From Pseudomonadota bacterium (GTDB taxonomy: Bacteria; Pseudomonadota; Alphaproteobacteria; Caulobacterales; Parvularculaceae), in the NCBI GenBank assembly GCA_038745625.1, contig JBCDLG010000002.1, forward strand, positions 310 to 64,309: a stretch of DNA of 64,000 bases. Reading direction: 5' to 3'. The notes under the pieces are model-generated. The model was not told where the DNA came from. It searched no databases and was given only the letters and a program-made list of their open reading frames with translations. Positions 59,957 through 64,000 of this stretch are shown in pieces (the first letter of the stretch is position 1; every line of letters begins with the position of its first letter). The position numbers were made by a program, and so were the translations under genes.

Positions 59957-61093
59957 TCAAACAAATGGCAGCCGGTGGCGGGCCAGCACGCGGACCAAAT
60001 CCGTCTGCCGCTTGACACCAAGCTTGGCCATCACCGCGTAGAGCTGGGTGCGGATCGTCGTGACAGCCACCTCCCGCTTGCGGGCAATGGCGGTCACTGA
60101 GAGGCCACGATCAATCTCGGCGGCGATGTCGGTTTCCGATGCCGAGAGGCCGTAGCAGCTGGCCAAAAGGCTCACGTCGAGGCGGCCAAAATCATCGGCA
60201 TCGCGAATGAAAACCAACGCTGCGCCATGGTCGAGACTGGGTGCAAACTCTGTTGCCGGCGGTAAGGGCCGTACAGAAATTAAATAGGGCCGTTTGCCGC
60301 TCGGTCGTTTGACGGGAAAGTCGCGAATACCGCCGGTGAACGCGCCAGCGCTGGCTTCGGCGATCTCTGTGATGCAGCGCCGCAAATGCGTCGCTCCGTC
60401 CTTATCTTCAAAGACGAGGCGATTGTTTTGAATACTGACACCATCATGAAGCGAGACCATCGCCTCGGCACTGGCATTGGCTCTGATGATGGTGCTTGAG
60501 GCACTGACGGCAATGCAGCCTTCGGTAAGAAGGTCAACACCGCTTTGGCCAAACTCTGCATGACGCCTGGCTTCTGCGAGGCGGAAGCGGAGCTCGGCCG
60601 CCTGGCGCAGATGCGGCGCGAGCCTTTTCATCGTTGCGATCTCGTCCTCGCCGACATGGCCCTGGCTGATCGAGCGCTGCGCTGCGAAAACGCCTTGATG
60701 ACTGGGTGTTGTCAGCACTTGCACGGAAATATAGCACCGGAGATCAAGTGGCGCCAAAAAGTCTGTATAGAACTCATTTCGGTCCATCTCCTGGTCGGAC
60801 AAGATCATGTGATCATAGGTGACCGATCCTGGTGCTGATCGGATATCGGCCAGGAGGCGGGGGGAGCGCGGACTGTAATACTCCATATACTCTAATTTGT
60901 CGGGGATCGGCGTTCCGGTGCTGCACTCAAACACCATCGGCGCCTTCATCTTGACATCAAAGATCTCAAAGCTGATCCCAACAGCGCCCAAAAGCTCAGC
61001 CATAGCGCAAAGGCCAGGGTCCCAGGACTCGCCCTGAAGCGCCCCCGAATAGAGCTTATCAACCACATCAAGTATGGCTTCGCCGTTGCCCAT
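59957..61093 (-). CDS. GAF/PAS-containing LuxR-type HTH regulator
   Basis: N-terminal GAF-like region (EFYTDFL.PLD), PAS-like region (IIRANASAE), C-terminal YGLSASE..IA..GLSV..IA..VTTIRTQL..VMAKLGVKRQTDL. Confidence 0.88.
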   Translation of the reverse strand: MGNGEAILDVVDKLYSGALQGESWDPGLCAMAELLGAVGISFEIFDVKMKAPMVFECSTGTPIPDKLEYMEYYSPRSPRLLADIRSAPGSVTYDHMILSDQEMDRNEFYTDFLAPLDLRCYISVQVLTTPSHQGVFAAQRSISQGHVGEDEIATMKRLAPHLRQAAELRFRLAEARRHAEFGQSGVDLLTEGCIAVSASSTIIRANASAEAMVSLHDGVSIQNNRLVFEDKDGATHLRRCITEIAEASAGAFTGGIRDFPVKRPSGKRPYLISVRPLPPATEFAPSLDHGAALVFIRDADDFGRLDVSLLASCYGLSASETDIAAEIDRGLSVTAIARKREVAVTTIRTQLYAVMAKLGVKRQTDLVRVLARHRLPFV

Positions 61094-61164
61094 AGGCCCG
61101 TCCCCTCAGCGGGAGGCTATCGCAGCGATGAGGCTGCGGCAAATCAAACGAGCCGTGTGCGCTG

Positions 61165-61455
61165 CTAATCGATTTCAAGCGTCTTGTTCAGGCGCTTGGT
61201 CATCCAGGGCCAATCAATGCTCTTGAAGAACGGGTGCCAAGGTTCTGGCGCCATGAACTTCATCTCTTTTTGATTGTCATCGAGCCATACCGGGACGACG
61301 TGGCCTTTAAGCCCCGCCTTGCGAGCAGCCTGTTTGATATCCCACAGGATATCCTCTTGCCGCTTCGACTTACGGTAGCCGAATTTAAGGTCGAGCGGGA
61401 CGATGATAAGGTCCTTTTGTTGCTCGCGGATGTGAGCAATTTGCAGCGTTGCCAT
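61165..61455 (-). CDS. Small conserved hypothetical protein
   Basis: AHIREQ..DLIIVPLD..FG, AGLKG.VVPVW, FMAPEPWHPFFKSI; coding-like with an upstream AGG RBS. Confidence 0.75.
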   Translation of the reverse strand: MATLQIAHIREQQKDLIIVPLDLKFGYRKSKRQEDILWDIKQAARKAGLKGHVVPVWLDDNQKEMKFMAPEPWHPFFKSIDWPWMTKRLNKTLEID

Positions 61456-61611
61456 AGTTGCCCTCGGCCTGTTTTTACAACTCCCCTTTGGCCATGACCA
61501 TCACGTAACAACCCCCGCGCGTCTAGCATGTTGTTGATCTTGATAAATTGAGGGCGGCCCAAGATGCCCGCGGCCCTTTCGTTTCGGGCGCTATCACGGT
61601 TAAGAAGAGCA

Positions 61612-63195
61612 GTGACTGAAACCGCCCCCTATCAAGTTCTCGCGCGAAAATACCGCCCGACGTCGTTCGATGACCTTCTTGGCCACGAGGTGATGATCCG
61701 GACGCTGCGCAATGCGTTCACCGCGGATAGGATCGCCCACGCTTTTGTTTTGACCGGTGTGCGAGGGGTCGGGAAGACGACGACCGCGCGCATCATGGCG
61801 CGCGCCCTCAATTATGAGACGGACGATATCAGCGCACCCACGGTTGATATGCCGGTGGAGGGGCGCCACTGCCGCGCCATCGCCGAGGGGCGCCATCCTG
61901 ATGTGATCGAGATGGACGCGGCCTCGCGTACGGGCGTCGATGACATCCGTGAGCTGATTGAAGGCGTACGCTATGCCCCGACGGTGGGCCGCTACAAGGT
62001 CTATATCGTCGATGAGGTCCACATGCTGTCGAAAAACGCGTTCAACGCGTTCCTCAAGACGCTTGAAGAGCCGCCGCCGCATGTGAAGTTTATCTTCGCA
62101 ACGACCGAGATCCGAAAAGTTCCGGTCACGGTGCTTTCGCGCTGCCAGCGGTTTGATCTCAAACGTTTTGATGGCCCGACCCTGGCAGCTCATTTGGGCG
62201 CGATCGCTGAGAAAGAGGGTGTGAAGGCGGAGGCAGAGGCGCTCGACCTTCTGGCGCGCGCAGCGCAAGGGTCGGTGCGCGATGGCTTGTCGCTGCTCGA
62301 CCAAGCGATCCTGAGCCGTGAGGGTGACGAGATCGGTGCGGAACCGGTCCGCCGGATGATTGGCCTTGCTGATCGCAGCCAAAGCTGGGCTTTGCTGGAG
62401 GCCGCACTGACCGGCGACAGCAGTGCCGCGCTCACGCAGTTCCGGCACCAGTATGACTACGGCGCTGACCCAGCCGAAATCATCCGTGATCTTCTCGATG
62501 TGACCCATGTCATCACGCGGACGAAAGTGGCGGGCGAGGCGGCCGCGGCCCATGGCCCGGCGGGCAGCACTGATGCGGCTGCTGCCAAGCGGCTAGCTGC
62601 GACGTTTGTCTTGCCGGCGCTGACCAGGACCTGGTCGCTTTTGATGAAGGCGCTGCAGGAAACGCAAAGCGCGCCGGACCCTGCCGCCGCGGCAGAGATC
62701 GGCCTCGTGCGGCTCGCTTACGCGAGCGGGCTCCCGACGCCTGCTGAGGTTCTGGCGGGGGGCGGTGCGCTGCCTGCCGCCGCACAAGTGCCAGCAGGCC
62801 CCGCCCCTGTTGCCGCGGCGCCCGTCGCGCCTGAGCCTGTGCAGCCGACAAGCCTGGCGGATATCGCCAAGTTGGCGGCGAGCCATGGCGATATGATCCT
62901 CAGCCAACAGATTGAACGGTCGGTACGCCTCATCGCGCTTGATGACGAGACGCTGACCATCGCGCTGGCGGACGATGCGCTGGAGGATCTGGCGTCGCGG
63001 ATCCAGGCGGGCCTCATCTCCTGGACCGGTGGCGCCTGGGACGTGGTGCTCGGTGATGCGGAGAAGGCGAAGCCGACCTTGCGCGAGGAGCGGACACGGG
63101 CCATCGAAGAGCATCCGCTCGTGCGCGAGGCTCTCAAGACATTCCCCGGGGCGACGATCGCCCATGTGCGCCCCCTTGGCGCGAAGGAGACCTAG
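61612..63195 (+). CDS. dnaX: DNA polymerase III gamma/tau
   Basis: YQVLARKYRP, GVRGVGKTT, DVIEMDAAS, IVDEVHML, SRCQRF; GTG start. Confidence 0.97.
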   Translation: MTETAPYQVLARKYRPTSFDDLLGHEVMIRTLRNAFTADRIAHAFVLTGVRGVGKTTTARIMARALNYETDDISAPTVDMPVEGRHCRAIAEGRHPDVIEMDAASRTGVDDIRELIEGVRYAPTVGRYKVYIVDEVHMLSKNAFNAFLKTLEEPPPHVKFIFATTEIRKVPVTVLSRCQRFDLKRFDGPTLAAHLGAIAEKEGVKAEAEALDLLARAAQGSVRDGLSLLDQAILSREGDEIGAEPVRRMIGLADRSQSWALLEAALTGDSSAALTQFRHQYDYGADPAEIIRDLLDVTHVITRTKVAGEAAAAHGPAGSTDAAAAKRLAATFVLPALTRTWSLLMKALQETQSAPDPAAAAEIGLVRLAYASGLPTPAEVLAGGGALPAAAQVPAGPAPVAAAPVAPEPVQPTSLADIAKLAASHGDMILSQQIERSVRLIALDDETLTIALADDALEDLASRIQAGLISWTGGAWDVVLGDAEKAKPTLREERTRAIEEHPLVREALKTFPGATIAHVRPLGAKET

Positions 63196-63199
63196 ATCG

Positions 63200-63520
63200 A
63201 TGGATTTTCAGCAGATGATGAAGCAGGCCGCGGGCCTCCAACAAAAAATGCAAGAGGCGCAAGAGAGCCTCGCTGCGCTTGAGGCTGAGGGCGTTGCTGG
63301 TGGCGGCCTCGTCCGGGTCGTGATCAATGGCAAGGGCTACGCCCGCAAGGTCAGCATCGACCCATCGATGTTCTCTGAAGAGGACAAAGAGGTTCTCGAA
63401 GACCTGATCGCCGCGGCCATCAATGACGGCAAGGCAAAGCTTGAGGCCGATACCGCGGAGAAGATGAAAGAGATGACCGCCGGTCTTCCCCTGCCGCCAG
63501 GTATGAAGCTGCCGTTCTAA
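63200..63520 (+). CDS. ybaB: YbaB/EbfC nucleoid-associated protein
   Basis: MMKQAAGLQQKMQ, AGGGLVRV, VLEDLIAAAINDG, GLPLPPGMKLPF. Confidence 0.95.
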   Translation: MDFQQMMKQAAGLQQKMQEAQESLAALEAEGVAGGGLVRVVINGKGYARKVSIDPSMFSEEDKEVLEDLIAAAINDGKAKLEADTAEKMKEMTAGLPLPPGMKLPF

Positions 63521-63523
63521 CCG

Positions 63524-64000
63524 ATGGCGCGTACCTCCGCCGGGCCAGAGCTCGATCATTTGATCCGCTTGCTGTCGAAACTGCCAGGCTTCGGCCCGCG
63601 TTCGGCAACGCGGGCGGCGCTTCACATGCTGCGAAAGCGGGAAACGGTGATGCAGCCTCTGGCTGCGGCGCTCCAGACCGTGGCGGAGACGGTCAAACCC
63701 TGCTCGATATGCGGCAATTGGGATGCGCAGGATCCATGCGGGATCTGTACGGACGACACCCGCGACGCTTCGGTAATTTGCGTGGTGCAGGACGTCGCAG
63801 ATGTCTGGGCGCTCGAACGCGCGCGGGCGCATCGCGGGCTTTATCATGTGTTGGGCGGGGTGATCTCACCGCTCGATGGGGTGGGTCCGGATGATCTCCG
63901 CATTGATGCGCTGTCCGAACGCACGTCCGAGCCGCAGGTGCGGGAGATCATCCTGGCGATGTCGGCGACGGTCGACGGGCAGACCACAGCGCATTACGTC
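63524..64000 (+). CDS. recR: Recombination protein RecR, 3'-truncated by window edge
   Basis: [23 protein letters not shown] zinc finger, [24 protein letters not shown]. Confidence 0.97.
   Translation, partial: MARTSAGPELDHLIRLLSKLPGFGPRSATRAALHMLRKRETVMQPLAAALQTVAETVKPCSICGNWDAQDPCGICTDDTRDASVICVVQDVADVWALERARAHRGLYHVLGGVISPLDGVGPDDLRIDALSERTSEPQVREIILAMSATVDGQTTAHYV

Noticed and set aside
56900-61611. Integrative element or prophage at ffs
   Set aside because: No integrase, phage genes or att direct repeat found; kept only as an accessory-block finding
61800-61930. DnaX lacking the usual Cys4 zinc motif
   Set aside because: The ALNY...PT.D...G.HC.AI form is normal for many alphaproteobacterial DnaX proteins

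Overview
GC-rich alphaproteobacterial chromosome segment (Parvularculales/Caulobacterales-like; the lineage is inferred from gene content, not proven). It is mostly housekeeping: dnaQ (partial), htpX, polA, phaZ, senC/regB/regA, maeB, nfuA-rutE-tsaB-rimI-fur, ptrB, bioB, a cysG-DUF2849-cysI-DUF934-cysH operon, rbfA/truB, chvI-chvG-hprK-EIIA-HPr, dapD, cytochrome c, pheA, nudC, SRP RNA (ffs) and dnaX-ybaB-recR (recR partial). I found no rRNA, tRNA, CRISPR array, transposase or integrase. The best candidate for an undescribed system is a ~4.7 kb lower-GC block between ffs and dnaX. It carries a GAF/PAS-LuxR regulator, an 18-bp palindrome with perfect 8-bp arms, and two tandem paralogous exosortase-target (VPLPA/PEP-CTERM-like) surface proteins sharing an unnamed domain, next to a TetR/4TM/GNAT module. 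A TPR lipoprotein plus ExeA-like ATPase pair typical of exosortase systems lies at the window start, but no exosortase is in the window. Other notable points: tsaB appears to use a non-canonical ATA start; a flippase-less MprF-like synthase is coupled to an alpha/beta hydrolase; there is an orphan lipase-3/Tle-like gene, a membrane pentapeptide-repeat protein, a NudC lacking most zinc-ribbon cysteines, and a structured gdx leader with no recognisable guanidine riboswitch. All family calls come from motif recognition by eye; no database searches were run.
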